Numbered from the stretch's first letter, positions 37,724 to 48,747 are shown. The stretch: DNA of 64,000 nt from an uncultured Parapedobacter sp. (GCA_964613725.1 CAZTJY010000001.1:1256-65255); one strand, 5' to 3'. Numbers and translations: made by a program. Notes: generated by a model from the sequence alone, not told the origin.

Positions 37724-38299
37724 ATGTTAAAGTACGTTGCTTCCACCGCTTTCTGCGTATTCGCATTGCTATCTGCCTGCGAGCCGAATGGCAGTGAGTC
37801 GATGGAGCCCGTTACCGAAAAAGGGTCAGCCATTTCACCGGGAAACGGCCAAACTGGCCAGGGAAACAATATCATTGATTTAGATTCAAGTGCCGTCGAG
37901 GCATTAGCGGAAGTGAATCACTGGCGGCAACAGGGCTGCGAATGCGGCGATGTCTCCATGCCCGCTACCACCAAGGTGACCTGGAACAACGAACTTTACA
38001 AAGCTGCATTGGCACATGCCAAGGACATGCACGCCAACAACTACTTCAGCCACACCAGTCCGGCAGGCGAAAATGTCTACAACCGCCTTTTGCAGTCGGG
38101 GTATATTGATGATAGCCGTTCCATTCTCACCTACGGTGAGAACATCGCGTTCGGTAATTTTGACCTACAAACTGCCGTTAAGAAATGGTTGGATAGCCCC
38201 AGCCATTGCGCTAACTTGATGCGCGCCTCTTATCGGGAAATGGCCATCGCCCACGATGGCAATTATTGGGTTCAGGTTTTCGGCGCCACCCGCGACTAG
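37724..38299 (+). CDS. CAP (SCP/Tpx-1/Ag5) domain lipoprotein
   Basis: Lipobox LSAC; motifs AHAKDM..NYFSH, GENIA, WLDSPSHCANLM and YWVQVF. Confidence 0.9.
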   Translation: MLKYVASTAFCVFALLSACEPNGSESMEPVTEKGSAISPGNGQTGQGNNIIDLDSSAVEALAEVNHWRQQGCECGDVSMPATTKVTWNNELYKAALAHAKDMHANNYFSHTSPAGENVYNRLLQSGYIDDSRSILTYGENIAFGNFDLQTAVKKWLDSPSHCANLMRASYREMAIAHDGNYWVQVFGATRD

Positions 38300-38443
38300 C
38301 TTTTTGTTATATCGGTCTTTTTTCATCCGCCTCTTGTAGCGAAACCTTAGACAAGCACGTCTGTACTCTCGACAGGAAACAAAAATGGGCCTGTTTATGT
38401 TTGTTAAATAGTGTTAACAGGTCAATTAATTGGATTATTTAAA

Positions 38444-38451
38444 TAACTTTG
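38444..38451 (+). promoter_or_regulatory. Putative -7 element TAACTTTG for the FKBP pair
   Basis: TAnnTTTG match about 25 nt upstream of ATG 38476. Confidence 0.5.
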
Positions 38452-38475
38452 CAACCGCAAGGTTGAAACAACAAA

Positions 38476-39096
38476 ATGATGAAGAAAGTAAATGTACTGG
38501 TGTTGGGCGCGTTGATCGCCATGGGATTATCGTCGTGTATCAAGGATGGGGAGACGTATGACCCCAATGCACAATACGAAATCGAGAAGCCTATTATCGA
38601 AGCGTACGTGGCGGAACATCTGCCGGGTGCACAGTATAAGGATATCAGCGGTTTCCGCCTCTATTTTCAAATCATTGAACCAGGGGAGCTAGGGTCATAC
38701 CGATACAAAGTCGATGAAAACTCGGGCAACCCTCTGTTTGTTCCCGCCGAGGCAATTGTCTCCTATGAGGGTCGTCTAGTTAAGACCGACGCTGTATTTG
38801 AGGATAAAGAAGACCAGAAATTCCTAATCACACTTAATAGCATAATTCCAGCATGGCAAATAGCATTTTTGCCAGACGAACTTCGCTATAATGAAGATGG
38901 CGACTTGCTTGATGAACCCATCGAGTTCGGTGGATTGACAGAAGAAGGTCTTCAGCCTGGATCAGTGATTCGCATCGTTACGCCATCTTATTGGGCGTAT
39001 CAAAACCAGAGTCAAGGAAGTGCTATCCCACCGAACTCCCCGCTATATTTCGAAATCTCCGTTTCGGAAATCAAGGACTACGAAGCTAGCAACTAA
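38476..39096 (+). CDS. FKBP-type peptidyl-prolyl isomerase lipoprotein
   Basis: Lipobox LSSC; motifs VSYEGRL, IIPAWQ, PSYWAY and IPPNSPLYFEI. Confidence 0.85.
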   Translation: MMKKVNVLVLGALIAMGLSSCIKDGETYDPNAQYEIEKPIIEAYVAEHLPGAQYKDISGFRLYFQIIEPGELGSYRYKVDENSGNPLFVPAEAIVSYEGRLVKTDAVFEDKEDQKFLITLNSIIPAWQIAFLPDELRYNEDGDLLDEPIEFGGLTEEGLQPGSVIRIVTPSYWAYQNQSQGSAIPPNSPLYFEISVSEIKDYEASN

Positions 39097-39118
39097 ATTA
39101 CAATATCTCTCCGGAACT

Positions 39119-40030
39119 ATGATTAAATCGACTCCTTGTATTGCGGCAATCGGCATCATGGCCTTCGTGTCATTGATGGGTTGCTCAAAAAAAGAATACC
39201 AATCGTTTGAAGAATTGGATAACGCCAATATCCGCGAATACATCCAAAAAAACAACCTCTCGGTGCATCAATACAAGGAGACCGATTTATTTTATCAAGT
39301 GCTTGAAGAAGGAACAGGAAGCTCCATCGCTTATACCGAAACCTACCCCATTGTTTACACGGTAAAAAGTCTCGATGGCACCTATAACTCGAATGATACA
39401 TTGAGCGCCAACAACCGCTATGCCGACTACTTCGGCTATTTCCCCTTCGGATCCGCGTATGCCGGCACACCCACCGTGGAGCGTCCCGGCGACTTTAAAG
39501 AGGTTATTCGCGAAGTATTGCAATATACGAACGGGAAAGTCCGAATCATCGTCCCTTCACGGCTGATGTACGGCAGGAACGGCCGGCCAAACTTGGGTAT
39601 CCCCCCTAACGCATCCCTCGATTATGTGGTTACCGTACATGATGATTTCATCGATTATGAGGATCAGGTCATTCAACAGATGATTGCTAATGCGTCGCTA
39701 AACATTGATGATTTCACCAAACGGGAAGACCGCATCTATTATCAGATTATTGAGCAGGGTACCGGAGATGCCATCACAGCAGATTCGACTGTAACGGTTG
39801 ATTATACCTTAAGAGACCCCGAAGGAAACGTACTTGACTCGGGTACCGACAAGGAATTCAATTTGGCCGGCGGAGTCATATCCGCTTGGTCGAAGATCGT
39901 ACCTTTAATCAATAAAGGGGGGAAAATCCGCTTTTTCACACCGAGTGCCCATGCCTATGGGAGGGCGGGGAACACAAACATCGCACCGTTTATGTCATTG
40001 GATTTTGAAGTAGACGTGAATACCAACTGA
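39119..40030 (+). CDS. Two-domain FKBP-type peptidyl-prolyl isomerase lipoprotein
   Basis: Lipobox LMGC; two FKBP repeats (PSRLMYG..IPPNASLDY and PSAHAYG..IAPFMSLDFEV). Confidence 0.85.
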   Translation: MIKSTPCIAAIGIMAFVSLMGCSKKEYQSFEELDNANIREYIQKNNLSVHQYKETDLFYQVLEEGTGSSIAYTETYPIVYTVKSLDGTYNSNDTLSANNRYADYFGYFPFGSAYAGTPTVERPGDFKEVIREVLQYTNGKVRIIVPSRLMYGRNGRPNLGIPPNASLDYVVTVHDDFIDYEDQVIQQMIANASLNIDDFTKREDRIYYQIIEQGTGDAITADSTVTVDYTLRDPEGNVLDSGTDKEFNLAGGVISAWSKIVPLINKGGKIRFFTPSAHAYGRAGNTNIAPFMSLDFEVDVNTN

Positions 40031-40370
40031 CAATCATAAGGGCAAAAAAACAGATCGTTACTCGAGCAGAATTCCGATATAGGAATGCCAAAACATCGAA
40101 AACATACCGTCTTATGATGGTAACCATGTTAACCTAGTTTCCAATCAATAGCAATGAGGCTGGATACCCATATTCGGCTATAAATACGGGAAGCAATTCC
40201 GGATATGGGCCGTTTAATCCTTTAAATTTTGCTTTGTTCATAAATAATTGGCTTTCTGAACGCCTTGGGAACGCGAGGCCGCCATTTCCGTACTATTTCC
40301 ACTCAAAAGAGGTAAGAGTTATAATACTGAATATGAACTAGCTTTCAAAAAAAAGTGTATTTAAAGTTAT

Positions 40371-40437
40371 TCTATCGTCTTTTTATCGTAAAAAAGACGA
40401 TGGATTCTCGATGAAAAGACGATGAAAAGACGATAGA
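40371..40437. repeat. 11-bp-phased AAAAGACGAT repeat array with inverted copies
   Basis: AAAAGACGAT at 40392, 40414 and 40425; CGAT at 40398/40409/40420/40431; inverted ATCG at 40374/40385; perfect 13-bp outer inverted repeat. Confidence 0.75.
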
Positions 40438-40972
40438 TTTTAATTAATTACCATTAGTTAATCCCTTTGGTTTACCATATTAGTCAGAAAATAGGGAGGC
40501 CGTTGGGTTATCCCTTCCACTGTACGGGACGTCCTCCTTAAAGCCCATTTTTTTCGGCTTTCCACGGCTTCGATATCATCGGGTGACAAGACAATACGCT
40601 TTTTCCAAACAGCAATATCACTTACATCGCCCATCCGGGAAGCAAAGAGCCCGGATAAGACCAATAGCCGCTTAGCGACAATTTGAAAACTGCGGTAATC
40701 TCCTTCTAGACCTTTCATACATCCCTTATTCTACACCCGTCGTCTCTGTCAGAACGAGGCGAGGCATCGGGCCAGCCATTCCATACTACGTACGGCTAAC
40801 TGCCAAACCTCCCAAGCACCCCTCATTGCCGCCTTTATAAACCTTAAGGATAATTATCCATCATTTTCATAAAACTCTCTATTTGATTACGGTGCAAAAA
40901 CCGCAACCTTTGTCATATTAAGCGGCTTAGCAATTATAAAACTAATCGTAAACTATTTAATAACTCATCACA

Positions 40973-43900
40973 ATGAAAAGATATATACGCACTTTTGGGT
41001 GGATATTCGCACTTTTCATCCCTCTTGGAAGCTTTTCACAATCCAGCACAGTCAAAGGCAAAGTAACAGATGGCCGCGACCCTTTGATTGGCGTAACTGT
41101 CCGTGTAAAAGACAGTCCACAAGTGGTAACCACCGATGAAAAAGGAGAATTCTCCATCCAGTCCGAAGTGAACGATATCCTTATACTGACTTATGTAGGG
41201 TACCACACGAAAGAAATACCTGTTGATAGCCGAAACTGGATCGCAATCCAATTGGAGCCCGACAACACCGACCTCAATGAAGTGGTGGTGGTGGGTTACG
41301 GTGAACAACGGAAAATCACAACGACCGGAGCAATTAGTTCCGTTTCGGGGGACGATCTGGTTAAAGCGCCCGTAGCCGGAATCAGCAATGCATTAATCGG
41401 GATGGCCCCCGGTCTTCAGGCCGTACAGTCATCCGGCGAATTCGGCAACGATCAAGCAACCATTCTGATACGGGGGATGGCTACGCTCAACGCTGGCGGA
41501 CGGGCTCCACTCATCTTAGTAGATGGCGTGGAGCGAGACACCTACAACAATTTGGATCCCAATGAAATAGAAAGCATCAATGTATTGAAAGACGCTTCAG
41601 CAACCGCAGTATTCGGTGTCCGCGGTGCCAATGGGGTTATTATGATTACAACAAAAAGAGGAGAAATAGGCAGTCCAAAAGTCAATATCACCAGTAATTT
41701 GGCCGCCATCCAACCATCTATATTGCCCGATTTGCTAGGCTCTTATGAATATGCGCTGCTTCGCAACGAAGCCGAAGAAAACATGGGACGCACGCCCAGC
41801 TTTAGTGAAGAAGACCTCCGGTTGTACCAAACCGGTGAGGATCCCATTTTCCATCCGAGTAAAAACTGGATGAACGAGCTCATCAAACCATTTTCCTTTC
41901 AGCAAAACTATAACACCAATATCTCGGGTGGCTCTGAAAAACTCCGCTATTACACATCGTTAGGTTATTTTAGCCAGAGTGGCGGCTACCGCCAACCGGA
42001 ACAAAGTCTCGGCTTCCCGTTCAAGCATAACTACGATAAGTATAACATCCGGATGAATTTCGATTACGAACCAGTAACCGATTTGTCCATATCCATCCAA
42101 CTCGGCAATCAAATTACCGATAACTCCATCCCCAATGGCGGAGCGTGGGGGGCATTTGACAAAGCAGCTAATCTCCCCCCCATGACCAGCCCGGGATTTG
42201 TGGACGGCAAGTACATCGAACGTCTGAACGGCTTACCTGCAGGCGTTCCCAATTTCAACCCTTGGGGACAGGCAGGACCAACAAGTACAGGCGGGGCATT
42301 CGTTACAGACTCCTACTCCAGTACGTTGAATACTAACCTTCAATTGAAGTACGACCTCCACCGCCTGCTGCCGGGCTTATCCGTCCGCGGGATGGGCGCA
42401 TACGATAGCCATTACCTGAAAAACCATGTGCGCAGTAAATATTTCCCGGCTTATACGATATTGAAAGACGACGCTACACCTGAGGGTTTCATCATGTACC
42501 AAAGCACAGAGGACGGCCCGTTTTATAATGTATCCGAATCGATATCTGACAATAACAAATGGCGGAAAATGTATGTCGAAGCAGCTATTGATTACAAACA
42601 GTCATTCGGTGGTACCCACAACGTAACCGGACTATTGTTGGGGAATTTCCAACGTGCGTTTTATCCCAACCTACAATACAAGCTGCCCACAGCGTACCTC
42701 GGCCTGGTATCCCGGATCACCTACGATTATAAAAACCGTTACCTCACAGAATTAAATATGGGCTACAACGGATCGGAAAACTTCCCAGAAGGCAAGCGCT
42801 TCGGTTTCTTCCCGTCGGTATCACTGGGTTGGGTTGCGTCATCGGAAAGCTTCTTCCCCGAGAACGATTGGGTGACCTTCCTCAAAATCAGGGGCTCCTA
42901 TGGAGAAGTAGGGAACGACAAAATCGGTGGTGAGCGCTACCTCTACCTCAACGGTCCTTACCAACTATACAATGGTGGTTTCCAAGCGGTCGTATTCGGC
43001 GAAGCCGGCACTAACATGGCCCGATACAACATGTACCAAGAAGGTAAGCTGGGTAATCCCGATGTCACTTGGGAGCGCGCAAAAAAACTGAACATCGGTG
43101 CGGAAATGAAATTTTTCGGTGACCGCGTATCACTAGTAGGGGATTATTTCGAAGAAAAACGCGATAATATCCTCTGGACATTATCTACTGTCCCTGAACT
43201 GGTAGCGACCCAATTACCTCCGGCAAACATTGGTAAAGTGGAAAACGCCGGTTATGAAATCGAATTGGGCTTCGACGAACGATCTACCACGGTTAGGTAT
43301 TGGCTTAAGGGATCTTATGCGTTCGCGCGCAATAAAATCATCTTCCAAGATGAGCCCGAAAGGCAATACGATTGGTTGTGGCGCACGGGCCGGCCCATCA
43401 ATCAGTACTTCGGCTTGACGTTCGAAGGATTTTACAATACCGTGGAAGAGCTTGAGAACGCGCCCCAATCGCAATGGGCAACAGGAGGATTGCAATTGGG
43501 CGACATGAAGTACAAAGACCTGAACGGTGACGATGCAATTACAACCGATGATATGGGCCCGGTAGGCCATTCTAGCTGGCCCGAGATCACCTATACCGTA
43601 CAAGGCGGTGTCAGTTGGAAAGGGTTTGACTTATCCGTACTATTCCAAGGAACGGACAACGTATCGGTTAGTTTCTCATCTGCTGCTGCTTATCCGTTTA
43701 CTTCGGATTGGGGGTCGGCCCAGCGGTGGCATACAGAACGTTGGACACCCGAACGTTATGCAAATGGTGAACCGATAACCTTTCCCCGCCTGGAACTTTC
43801 GCCCGATCGCCAACACAATTACCAACCTTCTAGTTTTTGGGTACAGGACGCGTCTTACCTACGTCTAAAAAACGTCGAGATGGGCTATCGTTTCACCGCC

Positions 43901-44071
43901 GATGCGCTCCAGAAAATCGGATTGAGCGCCATCCGCGTGTATGTAAGCGGAAACAACCTGATTACGTGGACGAATATGAAGTATCAGAAAGACCCCGATG
44001 CGCGTGAACTTTGGGGCCGGGTATACCCCGCCATGCGCGTATTCAACGGCGGCATTAATTTTCAATTATAA
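40973..44071 (+). CDS. susC: SusC/RagA family TonB-dependent transporter (first of tandem pair)
   Basis: LNEVVVVGYG, IESINVLKDASATAVFGVRGANGVIMITTKRG, GNPDVTWE and DASYLRLKNVEMGY. Confidence 0.95.
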   Translation: MKRYIRTFGWIFALFIPLGSFSQSSTVKGKVTDGRDPLIGVTVRVKDSPQVVTTDEKGEFSIQSEVNDILILTYVGYHTKEIPVDSRNWIAIQLEPDNTDLNEVVVVGYGEQRKITTTGAISSVSGDDLVKAPVAGISNALIGMAPGLQAVQSSGEFGNDQATILIRGMATLNAGGRAPLILVDGVERDTYNNLDPNEIESINVLKDASATAVFGVRGANGVIMITTKRGEIGSPKVNITSNLAAIQPSILPDLLGSYEYALLRNEAEENMGRTPSFSEEDLRLYQTGEDPIFHPSKNWMNELIKPFSFQQNYNTNISGGSEKLRYYTSLGYFSQSGGYRQPEQSLGFPFKHNYDKYNIRMNFDYEPVTDLSISIQLGNQITDNSIPNGGAWGAFDKAANLPPMTSPGFVDGKYIERLNGLPAGVPNFNPWGQAGPTSTGGAFVTDSYSSTLNTNLQLKYDLHRLLPGLSVRGMGAYDSHYLKNHVRSKYFPAYTILKDDATPEGFIMYQSTEDGPFYNVSESISDNNKWRKMYVEAAIDYKQSFGGTHNVTGLLLGNFQRAFYPNLQYKLPTAYLGLVSRITYDYKNRYLTELNMGYNGSENFPEGKRFGFFPSVSLGWVASSESFFPENDWVTFLKIRGSYGEVGNDKIGGERYLYLNGPYQLYNGGFQAVVFGEAGTNMARYNMYQEGKLGNPDVTWERAKKLNIGAEMKFFGDRVSLVGDYFEEKRDNILWTLSTVPELVATQLPPANIGKVENAGYEIELGFDERSTTVRYWLKGSYAFARNKIIFQDEPERQYDWLWRTGRPINQYFGLTFEGFYNTVEELENAPQSQWATGGLQLGDMKYKDLNGDDAITTDDMGPVGHSSWPEITYTVQGGVSWKGFDLSVLFQGTDNVSVSFSSAAAYPFTSDWGSAQRWHTERWTPERYANGEPITFPRLELSPDRQHNYQPSSFWVQDASYLRLKNVEMGYRFTADALQKIGLSAIRVYVSGNNLITWTNMKYQKDPDARELWGRVYPAMRVFNGGINFQL

Positions 44072-44089
44072 CCATCAAAACTTGAACAT

Positions 44090-45856
44090 ATGAAACGACT
44101 GTGGCTTATTTGCAGCTTGATCGTAACCCTCACCGTGTATTCGTCCTGTGAAAAATACCTGGAAAAACCGGTGAGCAGCGATGTCACGCTGGATGATGTA
44201 TTTTCATCAAGGGAACGGGCCGAGGAATTCCTTTGGAACGTTTACAGTACGGCGTCTATTTTCGAATTTCCTTTCTATTGGTCCGCGTCGCACAATGGTT
44301 TCTACCATTATGGTTCAACCTATACCATTTTGGCTGCGGCATGCGATGAAGCGGATGCGTATGCCAACTACACAGGTGCGGAGGCATTCAATACAGGCAA
44401 TTGGAGCGCTACGGATATCTATTGGTACGAATTCAGAAGCGAGTATTGCTATAAAGGGATTCGAAACGCCAATATCTTTATTGAGAATATCGATAAAGCC
44501 CCGTTCTCCGATCTCGAAAAGGCACAAATGAAAGCCGAAGCCATCTTCCTACGTGCGTTGATGCATTTTGATTTGATGCAGCGGTTGGGTGGGATTGTCA
44601 TCGTTGATAAAGTGCTGAAGGTATCATCGGCCGAGGACGTTCCCGGCATAAAAGTCCCGCGGAATACGTTCGAAGAGACGGTAAACTTCATCGTGAACAG
44701 CTGCAATGAAGCAGCGGCAAGCCTACCCAACAATTATCCCAGCCGGTATCGGGGGCGAATCGTGAAGGGTGCCGCACTGGCGCTCAAAGCGCGGACGCTA
44801 CTTTATGCGGCGAGCCCTTTATTTAATTCAAACGAGCCATACCAACCCGTTGGAGACCCCCAGTTGCGGGCAATGATTGGGTACACCGATTATGACCCGA
44901 ATCGCTGGCAACTCGCCGCTGACGCTAGCAAAGCGGTACTGGATTGGGCGGCCAACGAAAGCGGCTGGTGCGAGCTCTATACCGGAATGGATAACCCCGT
45001 GGATCGCTACGAAGAGATTTTCATCAACCCCAACGTAAACGAAATCATCTTGGACGCCGGCTTGATGGGCCCCACGACAACCAACTACTTCATCCGGTTC
45101 ATGACACCTGGCACAGTGGTGTACACGGGCTCAGATCCAGTCAATATCGGTGTCACGTTAAACTTCACCAAATTTTATCAAAAAGCCGATGGCACGGACC
45201 AAGTGTGGGATGAAGAAGAAAACACCCCTTACCCGTATGCACAATACCGGCAAAAACTAGACGAACTGGAGCCCCGTTTCCAAGCCTCGGTATTCCACTC
45301 GGGCACCGAATGGGCACGGGGCACGGGTGTTACCTACCACTTCTACGAGCAAGAGGGCCGAATGCTCCACCTCTACCATGGCGTGGGTTTCTTGCGGAAA
45401 TTTGTGAAAGGCGTTTTCAACGGATCGAGCCCGGCCCCTCGGTGGATAACTTTCCGATTGGCCGAGTTCTTCCTTAACTATGCCGAAGCGCTCAACGAGA
45501 TAAACGGTTCATCAGCCGAAATCGAATGGGCACTGAACAAAATCCGCGAGCGGGTCGACATGCCACCGATTGCCTACACCGACCAAGCCGATATGCGTAC
45601 AAAGATCCACCGTGAACGGGCGGTCGAACTGGCTTTTGAACAACATCGCTATTTCGACGTGCGCCGTTGGAAGATCGCCGGCGACGAGGGTGTGATGCGT
45701 GGTGCAATGTATGGCCTCAAACTAACGGGTGGTGATCATCCGACCTATGAGTTGGAACGGTTCGAAAACCGGGTTTGGGATGATAAGATGTATCTCTACC
45801 CCTTCCGGGTCAGCGAAGTCGACATCGGCTATATCAAGCAAAACCCGGGATGGTAG
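44090..45856 (+). CDS. susD: SusD/RagB family lipoprotein
   Basis: Lipobox YSSC; KGAALALKARTLLYAAS, FRLAEFFLNYAEA, ERAVELAFEQHRYFDVRRW and QNPGW. Confidence 0.95.
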   Translation: MKRLWLICSLIVTLTVYSSCEKYLEKPVSSDVTLDDVFSSRERAEEFLWNVYSTASIFEFPFYWSASHNGFYHYGSTYTILAAACDEADAYANYTGAEAFNTGNWSATDIYWYEFRSEYCYKGIRNANIFIENIDKAPFSDLEKAQMKAEAIFLRALMHFDLMQRLGGIVIVDKVLKVSSAEDVPGIKVPRNTFEETVNFIVNSCNEAAASLPNNYPSRYRGRIVKGAALALKARTLLYAASPLFNSNEPYQPVGDPQLRAMIGYTDYDPNRWQLAADASKAVLDWAANESGWCELYTGMDNPVDRYEEIFINPNVNEIILDAGLMGPTTTNYFIRFMTPGTVVYTGSDPVNIGVTLNFTKFYQKADGTDQVWDEEENTPYPYAQYRQKLDELEPRFQASVFHSGTEWARGTGVTYHFYEQEGRMLHLYHGVGFLRKFVKGVFNGSSPAPRWITFRLAEFFLNYAEALNEINGSSAEIEWALNKIRERVDMPPIAYTDQADMRTKIHRERAVELAFEQHRYFDVRRWKIAGDEGVMRGAMYGLKLTGGDHPTYELERFENRVWDDKMYLYPFRVSEVDIGYIKQNPGW

Positions 45857-45890
45857 CATACAACTTCAATATTATTTCACAACGACAATT

Positions 45891-48734
45891 ATGAAACTTC
45901 CATTCATCAATCAATCGACATATCCCCGTCGCCGTACCACATGGCGCCTTTGGGACAAAATACTCGTTTTGGGTTGCCTTGCACCGCTCGCCGCACTTGC
46001 ACAACCCGCACAAGAAACGCCACAAGACTCCGCCGTAACCGTTGCCTACGGGTTCCAACACAAAGACCGCGTATCGGCTGCCATAAACCACGTAAGTGGT
46101 GCGGAGCTGCGGAAAACACACACGCCCAACCTAACCAACGCGTTGATGGGCCGGTTACCAGGCGTGACCATACTCCACAGTGGCACCGCACCGGGCGAAG
46201 ATGAACCCAGTGTATATTACCGCGGCCGCCATACCTTCCAGAACAATAGGCACCTGGTCATCGTGGATGGCATTTGGGTCAATGCCAACAGTGCAAGCAA
46301 TATATCGCCCGACGAGATCGAAAGCGTCTCGATAATGAAGGATGCCGCGGCATTGGCGCAGTTCGGCGTAAAAGGCGCAAACGGCGTCTTGTGGATCACG
46401 ACCAAGCGCGGCCGGGCAAGCGATCGGGTCAACATCAACTTGAATGCCCGATACGGCAGCCAATTGCCCACGGCAATCCCCCGGATGTCGGGATCCTACG
46501 ACTTTGCCCGGTTATACAACCTGGCATTGGCTAACGACGGGCTCCCCCCGGCTTACAGCAATTCGCAACTGGAGGGATACCAAAACGGCACCGACCCGTA
46601 CCGCTACCCCGATGTAAACTGGTATGACGAAGTACTGAAAAGCCAAGCCCCCCTGCAAGACTATTCACTGACATTCGATGGCGGGAATAATACGGCGAAG
46701 TATTTCGTGATGCTCGGTTATTTGGATAACAGCGGACTATATAACCACACGGACCAAGAACATAATGCAAACATCAATTATCAGCGGATTAATTTTAGGG
46801 CTAATGTGGATTTGAATATCACAAAGGGGTTAACTGCCGAGATTTCCCTGGGCGGAAATGTTCGAGACTGGAAATTCCCTCCGCTGTCTACATCAAATAT
46901 GTGGCAATATATGGCTACCTACGCCCCGAACCTCTATCCGGTGAGAACACCTGAAGGTCAAATTACCGGAACGGCCGCTTTCCCCTACAATCCCGTGGGT
47001 TACCTGCTGGAGGCCGGTTACCAGTCAAGGCACGACCGGAATATCCAATCGCGGGTTCGATTGAAACAACAATTAAACTTCATCACGCCGGGACTCGATG
47101 TATTCGGCACTCTCCTATTCGACAACGAATTTAACAACCGATACGACAAAACCCGGCAGTTTGCCTACTACGAGCCCATCGCCACGCCCTCTTCTACGGG
47201 TGCCGATTCGGTCTACTTTTTGCAACGTGGGCTCGATACCGACCTGACGGTTTCTACCGGTGGAAACTATGAAAATAACCGAGCCATCTTTCAAATCGGG
47301 TCTAATTACAACCGCGAGTTTGGCCCACATCGGGTAGACGGCATGCTCATGTATCAACTGGACAAATACACTGTGCTCGGCAATCCGGCCCCCTTTGCCA
47401 TGCAAAACCTTTCGGGGCGTCTTACGTACGACTACCTCGGCAAATATGTAGCGGAATTCGGATTCTCCTATAGCGGAACGGAAAACTATCCGCCGGGCAA
47501 GCGCATGGGATTTTTCCCAGCACTATCGGCAGCATGGCTTCTACACAAGGAAAACTTCTGGAATAACCAGTCGGCGGTTAACTATCTCAAATTACGTGCT
47601 TCTGCCGGGATAGTTGGCAATGATGCCGGTGCTGCGCGGTTCAACTACAACCAGTACTGGGGTACCCAAAGCAGCCAAGGTTATTACTTCGGTACGGGGC
47701 TTACTTTTTACAATGCACTGATTCAGCTGGGCATGGCCAACCCCAATATAACCTGGGAGACCGCTTACCTATACGGCATCGGAGCCGATGCCGCATTATT
47801 CGACAACAAGCTGAACATTACCGCGGATTTCTTCTATGAAAACCGAACCGATATTCTTGTAAACTCAGCGAATTACACGTCGGCATTAGCAGGTTACAGT
47901 GCAGGTGCCATGGAAAACAAAGGACAGGTAATAAATTATGGTACGGAAATCAGTGCCACGTATCGGAATAACACCGGTGCCATAAACTATACCATCGGTG
48001 GAGACCTTGCCTTTGCAAGGAACCGTATCAAAGCCTACTATGACGTGCCACGCAAAGAAGCTTACAGTTCCCGCGAAAATCATTCGGTAGGGCAATTTTT
48101 TGGGCTAGAGGCTATTGGTTTCTTCCGGGATGAAAGCGATATCGTTGCCAGTCCGGCACAAACATTCTCTATCGTACAACCCGGCGACCTCAAATACAAG
48201 GACCAGAACAACGACGGCATTATCGACATTAACGACGAAGTGGCTATCGGGAAACAAAACTATCCCGAGATGACCTTGGCATTGAATGGAGGTATTATAT
48301 TTCGCGGCTTCAACCTGGATGTATTCCTTCAAGGGATTACCAATCGCAGCGTTTACCTGAACAATTACCTGTTCCGGCCGTTTGTGGACCATGCAAACAT
48401 CCTTTCGTGGGCGGCCGAGGGCTATTGGACACCCGAAAACCACGCCAGTGCCACGTTTCCTAGGCTGACAACGGAACCAAGTGCCAACAATTACCATCCA
48501 TCCACGTTTTGGGTAAGAGACGCCAACATCCTCAGGCTGCGCAACGTCGAACTCGGTTATACCTTTTCTAGCGAATTAATACAACGGCTGCGTCTCAGCA
48601 CCTTAAAACTGTACGTCAGCGGATTGAATTTATTCAGTTGGAGCGACCTTAATGTAGATGTGGATCCAGAAACCTTGAGCGCGGGCTATCCCGTAATGAA
48701 AACCTACAGTGCGGGCATCACCGTCAAATTTTAA
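45891..48734 (+). CDS. susC: SusC/RagA family transporter (second, lacking the N-terminal carboxypeptidase-regulatory-like domain)
   Basis: IESVSIMKDAAALAQFGVKGANGVLWITTKRG, NPNITWE and LRLRNVELGY; plug follows the signal peptide closely. Confidence 0.93.
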   Translation: MKLPFINQSTYPRRRTTWRLWDKILVLGCLAPLAALAQPAQETPQDSAVTVAYGFQHKDRVSAAINHVSGAELRKTHTPNLTNALMGRLPGVTILHSGTAPGEDEPSVYYRGRHTFQNNRHLVIVDGIWVNANSASNISPDEIESVSIMKDAAALAQFGVKGANGVLWITTKRGRASDRVNINLNARYGSQLPTAIPRMSGSYDFARLYNLALANDGLPPAYSNSQLEGYQNGTDPYRYPDVNWYDEVLKSQAPLQDYSLTFDGGNNTAKYFVMLGYLDNSGLYNHTDQEHNANINYQRINFRANVDLNITKGLTAEISLGGNVRDWKFPPLSTSNMWQYMATYAPNLYPVRTPEGQITGTAAFPYNPVGYLLEAGYQSRHDRNIQSRVRLKQQLNFITPGLDVFGTLLFDNEFNNRYDKTRQFAYYEPIATPSSTGADSVYFLQRGLDTDLTVSTGGNYENNRAIFQIGSNYNREFGPHRVDGMLMYQLDKYTVLGNPAPFAMQNLSGRLTYDYLGKYVAEFGFSYSGTENYPPGKRMGFFPALSAAWLLHKENFWNNQSAVNYLKLRASAGIVGNDAGAARFNYNQYWGTQSSQGYYFGTGLTFYNALIQLGMANPNITWETAYLYGIGADAALFDNKLNITADFFYENRTDILVNSANYTSALAGYSAGAMENKGQVINYGTEISATYRNNTGAINYTIGGDLAFARNRIKAYYDVPRKEAYSSRENHSVGQFFGLEAIGFFRDESDIVASPAQTFSIVQPGDLKYKDQNNDGIIDINDEVAIGKQNYPEMTLALNGGIIFRGFNLDVFLQGITNRSVYLNNYLFRPFVDHANILSWAAEGYWTPENHASATFPRLTTEPSANNYHPSTFWVRDANILRLRNVELGYTFSSELIQRLRLSTLKLYVSGLNLFSWSDLNVDVDPETLSAGYPVMKTYSAGITVKF

Positions 48735-48747
48735 AAAAGACAACGAT

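Noticed and set aside
38476-40030. FKBP lipoproteins as GldI
   Set aside because: Only generic FKBP motifs are visible; orthology cannot be assigned without a search
40371-40437. Repeat array as a CRISPR or invertible promoter
   Set aside because: Units are 11 bp without spacers and there are no cas genes; the inverted repeats enclose only 41 bp and no recombinase is nearby
40458-40718. 86-aa minus-strand ORF
   Set aside because: No motifs or signal; cannot be supported as a gene
40903-40928. GCAACC upstream of susC as another ECF promoter
   Set aside because: No CGTA at the 16-nt spacing
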